Notes: generated by a model from the letters alone, not told the origin. A stretch of DNA of 64,000 nucleotides from Bacteroidales bacterium (GCA_023229505.1 JALNZD010000016.1:1604-65603), one strand, 5' to 3'. Shown: positions 28,865 through 38,494, numbered from the stretch's first letter. Translations and numbers: made by a program.

Positions 28865-29847
28865 ATAACCTTCCTCCGTAATATTGACGCAGGTAATGAA
28901 AATCTGTAAAAAGTTCCGGCCGGATCAGGAAATCCTTGTATAATCCGGGCAATTTCATCCGGGTCATCCGAATCAATCATCGTGGCAATAGCTGACATCA
29001 TCTTCGCTCCCGGATCAATAACATCAGCCGGAGGCCCGTAACAGCCCCGGCAGGGTGCATTCCCTTTGATGCAACGCGTGCCACATCCGCTGCGGGTAGC
29101 TGGTCCCAGACAGATAACACCCTGTTCCAGGAAACAGGTTTCATGATCATCTTCAATTTCGTAACTCCTGAAAATCTGCCTGATCTTTTTATTATCGGAT
29201 TTTTTCCGTTCACATTCTTCACATTGTGATTTTTCATTTGCCCCGATTACACTGCCTATTGGCGGCAATTCCGCACCAGAAAAAACCGCTTCAAGTACCT
29301 CCACCAGACGTTCGCTTTGAGGCGGACACCCGGGCATGAAATAATCAACCGGAACAACATCATTTAGCGTGTAAACATCCTTATAGAACTCCGGAAGACG
29401 TAAATGCAAACCTGCAATGTGTTGCTCAGTCAAAGGTCTGACCTTGTCCGGATTTACCGTTGATTCACATTCATCATATAACCTTTCAAATATTAAATCC
29501 TTATTAAAGAAATTAGCCAGTCCCGGAATCCCGCCCAAATGGGCACAAGTTCCATAAGCGATTAAAATTTTCGATTTCTGGCGAAGTACTTTAGCAAGAT
29601 GTTCGTTCTCCGAATTCCTGATTGCTCCATTGAACAAAGTAATATCTATAAACTTATCCGGCATGGCTTCGACATCCTTGTATTTGACATCCAGGGCGAT
29701 AGGCCAGAAAACCAGGTCAGCAGCTTCAACTACAGCGAAGAGCTTTTCATGAATATCCAGCACTGACACGCAACATCCACCGCAAGCAGCTCCCCAGTAA
29801 ACAGCCAGCTTCAATTTGGCTTTTTCTTTTGAATCACTCATGTGCAA
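28861..29847 (-). CDS. mvhG: [NiFe] hydrogenase small subunit, MvhG-like
   Basis: [11 protein letters not shown] and the [10 protein letters not shown] proximal-cluster region, plus C-terminal Cys clusters. There is a 4-bp overlap with mvhA. Confidence 0.85.
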   Translation of the reverse strand: MHMSDSKEKAKLKLAVYWGAACGGCCVSVLDIHEKLFAVVEAADLVFWPIALDVKYKDVEAMPDKFIDITLFNGAIRNSENEHLAKVLRQKSKILIAYGTCAHLGGIPGLANFFNKDLIFERLYDECESTVNPDKVRPLTEQHIAGLHLRLPEFYKDVYTLNDVVPVDYFMPGCPPQSERLVEVLEAVFSGAELPPIGSVIGANEKSQCEECERKKSDNKKIRQIFRSYEIEDDHETCFLEQGVICLGPATRSGCGTRCIKGNAPCRGCYGPPADVIDPGAKMMSAIATMIDSDDPDEIARIIQGFPDPAGTFYRFSLPASILRRKVI

Positions 29848-30268
29848 CTTTTATTTTAGCGTTTTCGCAAACTTTACTTGGACCCAACGCTCTGATGGAT
29901 TCCGTGTATTTATCCACAAGGGCGGCAAATTGTCTGCCTTCGCTGGCACTGATCCATTCCAGCGATAACCTTTCCTCCTCGATACCCATTTGGGTGATAT
30001 ATTTTTTAAGTAGATGATATCTTCTCAGGCACTTGTAATTACCTGACTGGTAATGGCAATCACCGGGATGACAGCCACAGATAAGAACCCCGTCGGCCCC
30101 TTCACGGAAAGCCTCCAGAACAAAGGTGGGTTCAATTCTCCCTGAACACATGACCCGGATGATCCGGACATTGGCTGCATATTTCATCCGGGATGTACCG
30201 GCAAGATCTGCACCTGTATAGGCACACCAATTACATAGAAATGCCAGAATGGTCGGTTGATAACTCAT
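29834..30268 (-). CDS. mvhD: MvhD-type hydrogenase iron-sulfur subunit
   Basis: FLCNWCAY...VMCSGR...[11 protein letters not shown] is the MvhD/FlpD signature. Confidence 0.9.
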   Translation of the reverse strand: MSYQPTILAFLCNWCAYTGADLAGTSRMKYAANVRIIRVMCSGRIEPTFVLEAFREGADGVLICGCHPGDCHYQSGNYKCLRRYHLLKKYITQMGIEEERLSLEWISASEGRQFAALVDKYTESIRALGPSKVCENAKIKVAHE

Positions 30269-30272
30269 AAAT

Positions 30273-32009
30273 TTATACCTCCATAAGTTCTTTTGATTTT
30301 ACAATCAGTTCCCTGATTTCCGAGAGTATCTGCTGATCGGTAAAGTGCCTGCTCCTTATCGCCCCTGTCGGACATGAGGAGCCACAGGTGCCGCAACCCT
30401 TGCAAAGGATTTCATTAACCCTTGAGACCTTTTTATCCATATCATAACTTATCGCAGTATAGGGACATAAGCTGATACAAGTCTGACATCCGCAACAAAT
30501 TTCTTCGTTAACTGATGCAGTTGTGACCTCGACATTCATCTTTCCAAGGCTGATGTTGGCAAGAATCCTGGCAGTGGCTGCTCTCGCCTGCGCTACTGTA
30601 TTTGGGATATCCTTCGGCGCCTGGCAGCTTCCCACAATGAATACACCATCTGTGGTTGTGGCTACCGGATCAAGTTTAGGGTGCTTTTCGATGTAAAATT
30701 CATTACTGCACATGGCTATTCCGGTCATGTGTGCAACGCTTTTCGCCGTATCATGAGCCTCCATAGCCACCATCAGGATGATCAAATCGGCCGGTACCAG
30801 GACCTGCTCGCCGGTTAATTTCTCGTCAACCTCAACAACAAGGTTGGGATATTCATTCCTGGCTCCTTTGCGGATCAAGGGAAGGCCATCATTTTGATTA
30901 AACATTAAAAAAAGCACGTTTTTTCTTGAAGTATCCCGGTATAATTCCTCGCAACCTTTGCCATATGACCTCATGTCAGCATATAGCTGGTAAATAGAAG
31001 CATGTGGCAAGGCTGATCTGATCTGGTTGGAGTATTTCAACGCCGTGGAGCAACAGGTTCTTGAACAGTATTCATGGTAATGCGAATTACGGCTTCCGAC
31101 ACAATGGATGATCACAACATTTTTCGGTTCATCTCCCCTGCTGGTGACAATCCTGCCTCTCTTGAGCATGTTTTCAAATTGAAAAGATGTAATGACATTG
31201 GGATACTTAGTATACCCATATTGGGGAATGATTGACGGATCAAATGGCTTTAACCCTGTTGCTATAACAATATGACCAAACTCCAGCTTAACTTCCTCCT
31301 CCTGATAATTAAAGCTGGTTTCAAAATTTCCGATATATCCGTAAACCTCTTCAAGATTGGTATTCAGAAATACCCGGATGTTAGGAAGGTTGAGTACCCT
31401 GTCGATGACCGAGCGAATGACCTGCTGGGTGCTGTCGAAATATGGAAACGTCAGGTCGACTTCTGCTACGATACCTCCAAGATGTTCTGACTTTTCGATT
31501 AGAAAAGCCTGCTTCCCCGCATCTGCGATTTCAAGAGCCGCGGTCATACCGGCAATTCCTCCGCCAACGATGAGGGTTGAAGGCTTAATATCAACCAATC
31601 GTTTGTCAAGCGCCTCATGCCACCTGACCCGGTGCACTGCCGCTGCTACAAGGGCTATGGCTTTCTGTGTCGCTTCACTTCTGTCATTATGAACCCATGA
31701 AACCTGTTCCCTTATATTGGCCATCTCCAATAAATAGGGATTCAAACCGGCATGTTCAAGGGCTTTTCGGAAAGTAAACTCATGGATGCGGGGCGAACAA
31801 GCAGCAACCACTATCCTATTCAGCTTGAACTCCTTGATATCATTGACTATCTGATCTTGTCCCGGGTCAGAACACATGTATTGATAATTACGCGCTACGG
31901 TGACATCTTGGATCTTAGAAATGTGAGATGACACCTCTTCAACATCAACCATCCTGGCGATGTTGGACCCGCACCAGCATACATACACCCCTATTCGCTT
32001 TTCAGCCAT
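30273..32009 (-). CDS. hdrA: HdrA-like flavoprotein, paralog 2 (N-terminal Cys domain + C-terminal 2x[4Fe-4S] ferredoxin domain, no inserted ferredoxin)
   Basis: [10 protein letters not shown]...YMCSDPG...AACSPR, GGGIAG, HCVGSR...YCSRTCC, and C-terminal [12 protein letters not shown] and [12 protein letters not shown]. Confidence 0.85.
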   Translation of the reverse strand: MAEKRIGVYVCWCGSNIARMVDVEEVSSHISKIQDVTVARNYQYMCSDPGQDQIVNDIKEFKLNRIVVAACSPRIHEFTFRKALEHAGLNPYLLEMANIREQVSWVHNDRSEATQKAIALVAAAVHRVRWHEALDKRLVDIKPSTLIVGGGIAGMTAALEIADAGKQAFLIEKSEHLGGIVAEVDLTFPYFDSTQQVIRSVIDRVLNLPNIRVFLNTNLEEVYGYIGNFETSFNYQEEEVKLEFGHIVIATGLKPFDPSIIPQYGYTKYPNVITSFQFENMLKRGRIVTSRGDEPKNVVIIHCVGSRNSHYHEYCSRTCCSTALKYSNQIRSALPHASIYQLYADMRSYGKGCEELYRDTSRKNVLFLMFNQNDGLPLIRKGARNEYPNLVVEVDEKLTGEQVLVPADLIILMVAMEAHDTAKSVAHMTGIAMCSNEFYIEKHPKLDPVATTTDGVFIVGSCQAPKDIPNTVAQARAATARILANISLGKMNVEVTTASVNEEICCGCQTCISLCPYTAISYDMDKKVSRVNEILCKGCGTCGSSCPTGAIRSRHFTDQQILSEIRELIVKSKELMEV

Positions 32010-32020
32010 ATTGATTCAAT

Positions 32021-33211
32021 TTATACAGTTGCAAGTGAATTCTGAATAACCATTTCTGTCCTCGCTTTCTTTTTCAAACGATACAAATAAATAGCAAAAG
32101 GCCGGTAGGCAAGATGCGACCATTTCGAGAAAGGAACCTCGATTACGATCATGGGAACGAGAATCGCCATATGTATGACATAGGTAAAGTAAGTGGTCAC
32201 AGGTATCCCGCTTAGCCTGAAAAAATGAAGTACTATCCCTGAAATAGTAGTCAGGCCTAGCATGACAATGAATAACCAGTCAGAAGCATGAGAATATTTG
32301 AATTTATAGTCCTTTTTAATAATACGCTGGTAAGTGGCGATCCCCAGAAAGAAAAGAATTCCAAAAGTGGCATAATATCCGAGAAGGCGCTGCCAATGAT
32401 ACCATGCATAAACCTCTTCTGTCTGAAATCGTTTTAACATGGCTACAATAAAAATGAACATCATAGTATAACCGGACATAAGAAGGAAATGGCCAAACCA
32501 GTATTTCCGGCGATCGCAATGATAAAACTTGTTTTGTGTTACAAAATGGTAAATAAGTGACCAGGCTTCTGTAAAATAGGCATAAAATGGAACCTTGTAC
32601 TTTTTATCCCTGAGTATTGACAGGATAAACATCCTGATAATATTGGAAATCAGGATGCCTCCAATGATAATGGCCATGATCCAATCAGACCACTCAATGA
32701 TTTTAACAAATTGATCCGCGGATATGCCTGCTACCAGGCTATTGATCATTACACCGCCTTGTGAATTAATAAAATTCGCAGGATTTGAGAACATATCACG
32801 GTTAGGTGGCAGAAAAATGGCAAATGCCGCTAGAACCAGCATAAAAAAGGTTAATACCACACCAACTTCCCAGAACTTCGAGGTGTAAAATTTACGCGAC
32901 AATCCCGTCCAGTCATAAAGTGAAGTCAGGTAACGCCGCATTGACATCATGATCTCTGCCGGGTTGGCATCCCGCGGGCAGGATTCGGAACATTCCCCGC
33001 AATAATAGCACAGCCAGGGGTCAAGATTTGCCACCATACTGTCTTTTAACCCAAGTTGTGCCTGCTTGATGACCTTCCTTGGAAAAAGAAAGCCTTCTTC
33101 GGTCAGCTTGCAAATCGCACTGCAATTGCCACAGTTAAAGCAATCATTCCAATCTCTTACGCCAAACTTCAGCAGATCAAGCTTAACCTGGTCGTTAACT
33201 AATTGGCTCAT
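32021..33211 (-). CDS. QmoC-like protein: HdrC-like 2x[4Fe-4S] domain fused to a His-rich multi-TM (HdrE/NarI-like) domain
   Basis: CFNCGNCSAIC and CYYCGECSESCP lie at the N-terminus. Several hydrophobic segments follow, with His residues in or near them (YHFV, FGHFLL, WYHW, VLHFF, VIHMA, WSHLAY). Confidence 0.7.
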   Translation of the reverse strand: MSQLVNDQVKLDLLKFGVRDWNDCFNCGNCSAICKLTEEGFLFPRKVIKQAQLGLKDSMVANLDPWLCYYCGECSESCPRDANPAEIMMSMRRYLTSLYDWTGLSRKFYTSKFWEVGVVLTFFMLVLAAFAIFLPPNRDMFSNPANFINSQGGVMINSLVAGISADQFVKIIEWSDWIMAIIIGGILISNIIRMFILSILRDKKYKVPFYAYFTEAWSLIYHFVTQNKFYHCDRRKYWFGHFLLMSGYTMMFIFIVAMLKRFQTEEVYAWYHWQRLLGYYATFGILFFLGIATYQRIIKKDYKFKYSHASDWLFIVMLGLTTISGIVLHFFRLSGIPVTTYFTYVIHMAILVPMIVIEVPFSKWSHLAYRPFAIYLYRLKKKARTEMVIQNSLATV

Positions 33212-35025
33212 AATACTTCCTCCTTTTTTTCAATCATCCTTTTTAACCTGGGTATTATTTCTTCAGGATAAACATCCTTAATAGGTCTGTTGATCTTTCC
33301 TTTAATAATACTTTGAAGCACCCGTGAAGCTGCAGCGGAAGCCTGGGCGACGGTATCGGGAATATCTTTAGGCCCCTGGCAGGTTCCGGCGATATGAATA
33401 CCTGAAACATGGGTATCAACAGGATTATTCAAATAATTACTCTCCACATACCATCCGTATTCATCCACCGGAATACCCAGCATTTCACTCAACCATTCAT
33501 ATCCTTCACTCGGTTCCAGGCCAACTGAAAGGATAACCATGTCGACCTCCTGCCAGACAATCTTTTGACCTTCAATATCTTCTGTCCTGATGAACAGTTT
33601 GTCACCGGAAGGAAGAACCCTGGCAGCTTTTCCGCGTTGAATGTGGATGCCTTCCTTTTTCACCCGTTCGTAAAATTCTTCATACCCCTTCCCGTAAGCC
33701 CTCATATCAATGAAGTACTCATAAATAGAAGCTTCAGGTAATTTTTCCCTGGCAAGATGGGCCATTTTAAGTGAGTACATGCAACAAACCCTTGAGCAAT
33801 ATTTGTTATAATGCTCGTCACGGCTGCCAATACAATGTATAAAGGCAATGCTTTTTGGCTCTTCATTTTCCGGGGAAAACACCCAATTGCCTTTTTTATC
33901 TTTCGATCTGAATTTGATCATTCCACCAGTAGGGCCGGAAGCATTGAGTAATCGCTCAAACTCCAGAGATGTCAATACATTTGGAAATTTACCATAGCCA
34001 TAATTTTCAATTCTGCGTGCATCAAAAGTCTTGAATCCGGTTGCAATGATGATGTTTCCTACTGCAAATTCAACCTCATGATCTTCTTCATCAAGGTTGA
34101 TACAACCCGGAACTGGGCATACCTTGACACAAACACCACATTTACCGTTTTCAACATAAGTACAATGCTCCGGATCAATCAGGTATTTATTTGGAACTGC
34201 CTGAGGAAATGGTATATAAATGGCTTTCCTCAAAGTCGTTGCAGCATCAAACTCACTGGGAGCAGTTCTCGGACATTTTTCCGCGCAGGTGCCACATCCG
34301 ATGCAGGCCGACAGGCTAACACGCCGGGCTTTCTTTAAAACTCTTACAGTAAAATTCCCCGCTTTTCCACTGATAAAAGAAATCATTGAATTAGTAAGAA
34401 TCTCAATATTAGCATGTTGACCCACTTCAACCATCTTAGGAGTCAAAATGCAAGCGGCACAATCCAACGTTGGGAAGGTTTTGTCAAACATTGCCATATG
34501 TCCGCCGATGGTTCCCGATTTTTCGACAAGATAAACCTTGTTTTTACTATTCCCGATTTCCAGCGCAGCCTGGATACCGGCAATACCACCGCCAATCACT
34601 AGTGTAGCAGCATGGACCGGAGCTTCTTCAGGCGGATAAACCGATGATAAATCCACACCAAAAAGCCCGCATATTATGACTGAGGCTGCAAAAGGTGCGC
34701 TGCTTTTTTTGAATATGCCATATTCCCGGAAATTAAGCAGAACAACGTCCTGGATGTCAAGACCTGCCATCAACATAGATTTTGTAAGAAATGTTTTGTA
34801 AAAGCCGACATTGTGGCCCGCAACTAAAATCCGTTTCACCTGAAGATTTCTGATCTGTTTTGCCATCGCTGCAGGATCGTAGACAGGCACTGTTTTTTCG
34901 TTCCACACCGGTCCGGTTTCTATTACCTTATGAAGTTCCACAACAACATCTTCCTGTCTCAAGCTGTCAGCGCTTCCATTGAACATGCTTCCGAAAAATA
35001 TGGCTGATGACCTTGGATTTATCAT
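33208..35025 (-). CDS. hdrA: HdrA-like flavoprotein, paralog 1 (Cys-less N-terminal domain, inserted 2x[4Fe-4S] ferredoxin domain, no C-terminal ferredoxin)
   Basis: GGGIAG, TLDCAACILTPK, CIGCGTCAEKCP, CGVCVKVCP and HCIGSR...YCSRVCC. The N-terminal region aligns to paralog 2 but has AGHNVG where paralog 2 has AACSPR. Confidence 0.85.
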   Translation of the reverse strand: MINPRSSAIFFGSMFNGSADSLRQEDVVVELHKVIETGPVWNEKTVPVYDPAAMAKQIRNLQVKRILVAGHNVGFYKTFLTKSMLMAGLDIQDVVLLNFREYGIFKKSSAPFAASVIICGLFGVDLSSVYPPEEAPVHAATLVIGGGIAGIQAALEIGNSKNKVYLVEKSGTIGGHMAMFDKTFPTLDCAACILTPKMVEVGQHANIEILTNSMISFISGKAGNFTVRVLKKARRVSLSACIGCGTCAEKCPRTAPSEFDAATTLRKAIYIPFPQAVPNKYLIDPEHCTYVENGKCGVCVKVCPVPGCINLDEEDHEVEFAVGNIIIATGFKTFDARRIENYGYGKFPNVLTSLEFERLLNASGPTGGMIKFRSKDKKGNWVFSPENEEPKSIAFIHCIGSRDEHYNKYCSRVCCMYSLKMAHLAREKLPEASIYEYFIDMRAYGKGYEEFYERVKKEGIHIQRGKAARVLPSGDKLFIRTEDIEGQKIVWQEVDMVILSVGLEPSEGYEWLSEMLGIPVDEYGWYVESNYLNNPVDTHVSGIHIAGTCQGPKDIPDTVAQASAAASRVLQSIIKGKINRPIKDVYPEEIIPRLKRMIEKKEEVL

Positions 35026-35099
35026 TATGCTGAAATTTTAATAGTGAATTTACACGAGATTAAAAGCGAGCAAGTTAGGCTCTGTTAATAGAATAACAA

Positions 35100-35113
35100 A
35101 TGATAATAATCAT
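35100..35113. promoter_or_regulatory. FNR/CRP-type palindrome ATGAT-AATA-ATCAT
   Basis: A perfect 5+4+5 palindrome about 80 bp upstream of the hdrA-like-1 start. It matches the core of TTGAT-N4-ATCAA. Confidence 0.55.
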
Positions 35114-35121
35114 GTTGGAAT

Positions 35122-35135
35122 ATGATTTTTATCAT
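35122..35135. promoter_or_regulatory. second FNR/CRP-type palindrome ATGAT-TTTT-ATCAT
   Basis: The half-sites are the same as in the first box. The box centres are 22 bp apart. Confidence 0.55.
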
Positions 35136-35172
35136 TAATACAAGAAGCTAGATAATTGAATGAAATGCAGGA

Positions 35173-35865
35173 TTAGTTAATTTTCCCTATCTTTTTCAGC
35201 TCTTCAAAATTCCGGATGGAAATTTTTCGCCCATTGATATCGATCAGATGTTCATCTTTGAATTCGGATAACAACCGGATTACGCATTCAGTAGCTGTTC
35301 CTATAATATTAGCCAGGTCTGTCCTGGATAAATTAATGTGGTTATTTCCTCCATTTTTATTAAAAACTTCATGCAGGGCCAGTAATGTCTCTGCAAGACG
35401 CTCCCTGACCGGCTTTTGTGCAAGGGATAATAGCTTGCTCTCGGCGTCTTCAAGCAGCGAACTAAGCGCCACCATCAGGCAATGAGAGACATCGGGATAT
35501 TTGAGCGTAACTTTAAGAAATGGCCTTTTAGGAATAAAACAAACTACAGAATCTTCAAGCGTGACAGCAGCTGTTGAATAATTCCAACCGCTAATCAGTG
35601 CCCGCAATCCGAAAAAGCTTGATGGGGTGACAATCCTCACAACCTGCTCTTTACCGTCACATCCAAGTCGATATATTTTAACCTTACCATCATTCAGGCA
35701 ATAAACACCTTGCGGGGTTCTTCCTTCATGAAAAATGATCTGTCCGCGTTTAATAATCGTGCTGCTTTTGAACGAACTGATAGATGCCTTATCCTCAGGA
35801 GGTAATTTTGCAAAACAATTGAGACTTTTTGCAAGACAAACTGAACAATCACGCTCAACATACAT
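35173..35865 (-). CDS. Crp/Fnr-family transcriptional regulator with N-terminal Cys triad
   Basis: cNMP-binding-like beta-roll and C-terminal HTH (LSRTDLANIIGTATECVIRLLSEF). A C-x2-C-x6-C motif occurs at residues 7-17 counted from MYVERD, with further Cys downstream. Confidence 0.8.
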   Translation of the reverse strand: MYVERDCSVCLAKSLNCFAKLPPEDKASISSFKSSTIIKRGQIIFHEGRTPQGVYCLNDGKVKIYRLGCDGKEQVVRIVTPSSFFGLRALISGWNYSTAAVTLEDSVVCFIPKRPFLKVTLKYPDVSHCLMVALSSLLEDAESKLLSLAQKPVRERLAETLLALHEVFNKNGGNNHINLSRTDLANIIGTATECVIRLLSEFKDEHLIDINGRKISIRNFEELKKIGKIN

Positions 35866-36018
35866 CTTAAATCCGGCTTTTATATTTAACAAATATATAT
35901 AATTATCATATAAAGTCAATTTCTTAACATTGGTCAAGGCAGATTTCCCGTTTATTTTAGGTCTTGCATGAAAAATTTGGGTTTACAGCAGAAAAAGTAT
36001 TTAATTTAGTGACAGAGT

Positions 36019-36078
36019 TTTTGAAACTTGAAACTTGAAATTTGGGATACCTAACACGTTACACGTAACTCGTAACTC
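36019..36078. repeat. microsatellite block: (TTGAAAC)x3 then ACGTTAC/ACGTAAC/TCGTAAC units
   Basis: ttgaaacttgaaacttgaaatttgggatacctaacacgttacacgtaactcgtaactcg. It has the same two unit types, in the same order, as 9178-9260. Confidence 0.9.
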
Positions 36079-36116
36079 GTTTTCCGAAACAATTAATTAT
36101 CAAACATCATCGACTT

Positions 36117-36848
36117 ATGACTATTTCATTAATGTGGGGTTTTATTGCCGCATCCTCTCTCATAATCGGCGGGCTTATAACATTTTGGTTACGTATCGGA
36201 TCGCGCTTGCTTGGGCTGATCATGGCCTTTGGTGCCGGTGTATTGATTTCGGCTGTGGCTTATGAACTTGCCCATAATGCTGTGGAGCTCTCCGAAGGGA
36301 GCGGACATGTTGCTTTTGGCTTGCTGGCTGGTGCACTTGCTTTTTTCGGTGGTAATTCACTCATAGACAAGATGGGTGGGCATGACCGAAAGAAGATCGG
36401 TGCTACGCACAGCAGTGAATTAGGACTCCCGATCGTGTTGGGTATCGTACTCGATGGAATTCCCGAGTCGATCGTCATCGGCATCAGTTTGTTAAATGGT
36501 AAAGGTGTGGGACTATCGCTACTCGTGGCCGTTTTCCTGTCAAACCTTCCTGAAGCGATCGCTGCTACTTCAGGCCTGACGTCAGGTGGTTGGAGCCGGT
36601 TGCGTGTGACAGGTCTGTGGATATTGGTAGCACTTATATGCGGATTGGCTGCATTGGCCGGCTATGTGCTATTTGAAAATGCCGCGTCCTCCTCGATTGC
36701 ATTCATCCTGTCATTCGCCTGCGGGGCGATCCTGGTCATGCTGGCCGACACGATGATGCCCGAAGCGTTTGAACACGGAGGCAAACTGGCCGGTCTTGTC
36801 ACAGTGGTGGGATTCGGGCTGGCTGTTTATATTTCCTTACTCCAGTAA
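36117..36848 (+). CDS. ZIP-family divalent metal transporter
   Basis: LDGIPESIVIG and SNLPEAIAA motifs. The protein is a 243-aa polytopic membrane protein. Confidence 0.8.
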   Translation: MTISLMWGFIAASSLIIGGLITFWLRIGSRLLGLIMAFGAGVLISAVAYELAHNAVELSEGSGHVAFGLLAGALAFFGGNSLIDKMGGHDRKKIGATHSSELGLPIVLGIVLDGIPESIVIGISLLNGKGVGLSLLVAVFLSNLPEAIAATSGLTSGGWSRLRVTGLWILVALICGLAALAGYVLFENAASSSIAFILSFACGAILVMLADTMMPEAFEHGGKLAGLVTVVGFGLAVYISLLQ

Positions 36849-37023
36849 GCTGGCATAGGGGGGCAGGAAAGCGGGGAAAATTCAGGTTTGAGGTTTAAAT
36901 TCGGGATTTTGGAGAAAATAAGGGGCTGTGAATTGAAAGATCCAGGGCATGCAGTTTAACCTGGTGCGTTCACTTTGGATAAGCAGCATCATTATCGTTG
37001 TCAGATTCATTTTCTTCTCCGTT

Positions 37024-37410
37024 TTATAAAGACTCAATGACACGTTTTAACTTTTCTGTAATCTCTAAAGCTATTGGTTCAAGACCAATATTCTGAATTG
37101 CCATCATCGAAGCACCAGGGTTTACAGCTGAAACTTCTGTCTTTTCGTTTCCCTGGTCAATAACTATGACGTTGCAGGGAAGCATTGTTCCGATCTTTTC
37201 TTCCAGCATCAATGCTTTGTAAGCATAGCCTGGATTACAGGCTCCAAGTATCCTGTATTTTTTAAAACTGACACCCAGCTTTTCATTAAGTTTCTCATGA
37301 ATGTTGATCTCCGAAATTATTCCAAATCCTTCCTTTTTCAAGGAATCGGTTGTGCGTTGAACAGCCTCATCAAATGAGGCATTTAGAATTTTACTAAAAT
37401 AATATTCCAT
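37024..37410 (-). CDS. DUF302 domain protein
   Basis: FDEAVQRTTDSLKKEGFGIISEINIHEKL...YRILGACNP is typical of DUF302. The start was set at MEYYFSK. Confidence 0.75.
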   Translation of the reverse strand: MEYYFSKILNASFDEAVQRTTDSLKKEGFGIISEINIHEKLNEKLGVSFKKYRILGACNPGYAYKALMLEEKIGTMLPCNVIVIDQGNEKTEVSAVNPGASMMAIQNIGLEPIALEITEKLKRVIESL

Positions 37411-37520
37411 AAATCTTTTCTTTTTAGTGATCCTTACTTCGTTTAAAAACAAGAGCTACAAAATTACGAACAATAAAGTGACATTAAAACGAATTAGTGA
37501 TATTAAAGCGCTTGGTAGAT

Positions 37521-37607
37521 TAACCTGTCAGGTTCTCCCAAAGTCGCACGCTGACAGGTTACCTATCCATCAAACCTGACGGTGTCCGCCGCAGGCGGTC
37601 CCGTCAG
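37521..37607. repeat. two adjacent hairpins sharing the word CCTGWCAGG/CTGACGG
   Basis: TAACCTGTCAG (37521-31) / CTGACAGGTTA (37551-61) form a perfect 11-bp pair. CCTGACG (37575-81) / CGTCAGC-side pairing (37601-07) encloses CCGCC-GCA-GGCGG. Confidence 0.7.
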
Positions 37608-37950
37608 CGTTTAAAACCTATAAGCTTTCTCAACTGCTGATTTAACCGGCCCATTTAACAAAAATGAAATAAGCAGATCATCTTTAGTTTCTTTCACTTC
37701 ACAAACATTATCATCCTTTTCCCGGTCGATAAGCACGAGGTATGGATCGATACCTGCCTGAGCAGGCTTTTTGGCGCTGAAGCAGAAAATCCAGGGGGCT
37801 GATAAAAATTTCCAGTAATAGGCGCAAAATCAGATTTAATAACTCCACTTTATCATCATCTGTTCATACAATACAAGAGGGAAGGTTAATTTTTTTCTGG
37901 ACAAAAGCATAAAAAAGTCGTAACTTCATGAGGTATTAAATAAAAGAGCC

Positions 37951-38433
37951 ATGCAAAGATTTGACCAGAATGGAATGATGATTTTCCCAAGTCCTGAAAG
38001 GATCAAAAAGGTTGGAAAACTCGAAGACCTCCTTGTCATAAGACAGTGTTATTGTCCGAACGGCCATAATCTCGTGAGTGACCAGGCTGTGTTCGATGGC
38101 TTTAACGGGATCGTTATGAAGGTAAGAAAAGCCGGCCAGGAGGGTCATGTTGCCCTGAATCCGGTTTACGGCCTGAAGCACCGTGTTTCGTTCAATATCA
38201 AGCTTGTCAAAGATGATTTGCTGGAAGTACTTTGTCCCCATTGCGGCGTTGCTTTACCTGTCTATACAGCTTGTTCGTGCGGTGGGGATCTCGTTACACT
38301 ATTCCTGGACGAAAAGCCTGATTTCACTAACAGCGTATTAATCTGCAACAGGGTTGACTGCCCTAATGCCAAGATCCGCCTTCATAATGAAATAGTTCAT
38401 TACGATGGTATGGGACATGTGATTTTCAAATAA
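37951..38433 (+). CDS. zinc-ribbon protein, paralog of the hydrogenase-operon 4xCxxC protein
   Basis: CYCPNGH...CPHC...CSC...CNRVDCPN, with the same spacing logic and shared blocks as 26957-27367. The start codon is uncertain. Confidence 0.55.
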   Translation: MQRFDQNGMMIFPSPERIKKVGKLEDLLVIRQCYCPNGHNLVSDQAVFDGFNGIVMKVRKAGQEGHVALNPVYGLKHRVSFNIKLVKDDLLEVLCPHCGVALPVYTACSCGGDLVTLFLDEKPDFTNSVLICNRVDCPNAKIRLHNEIVHYDGMGHVIFK

Positions 38434-38494
38434 TTCAACCCGGTGCCTCATACACCCACACTTCACCTGCACACCCAAACCCACACTCTCTTCG

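Noticed and set aside
37630-37822. 64-codon open frame on the minus strand (FCAYYWKFLSAPW...LLNGPVKSAVEKAYRF*)
   Set aside because: There is no ATG, GTG or TTG start after the upstream stop, and no recognisable family. It is probably a gene remnant and was not called as a feature.
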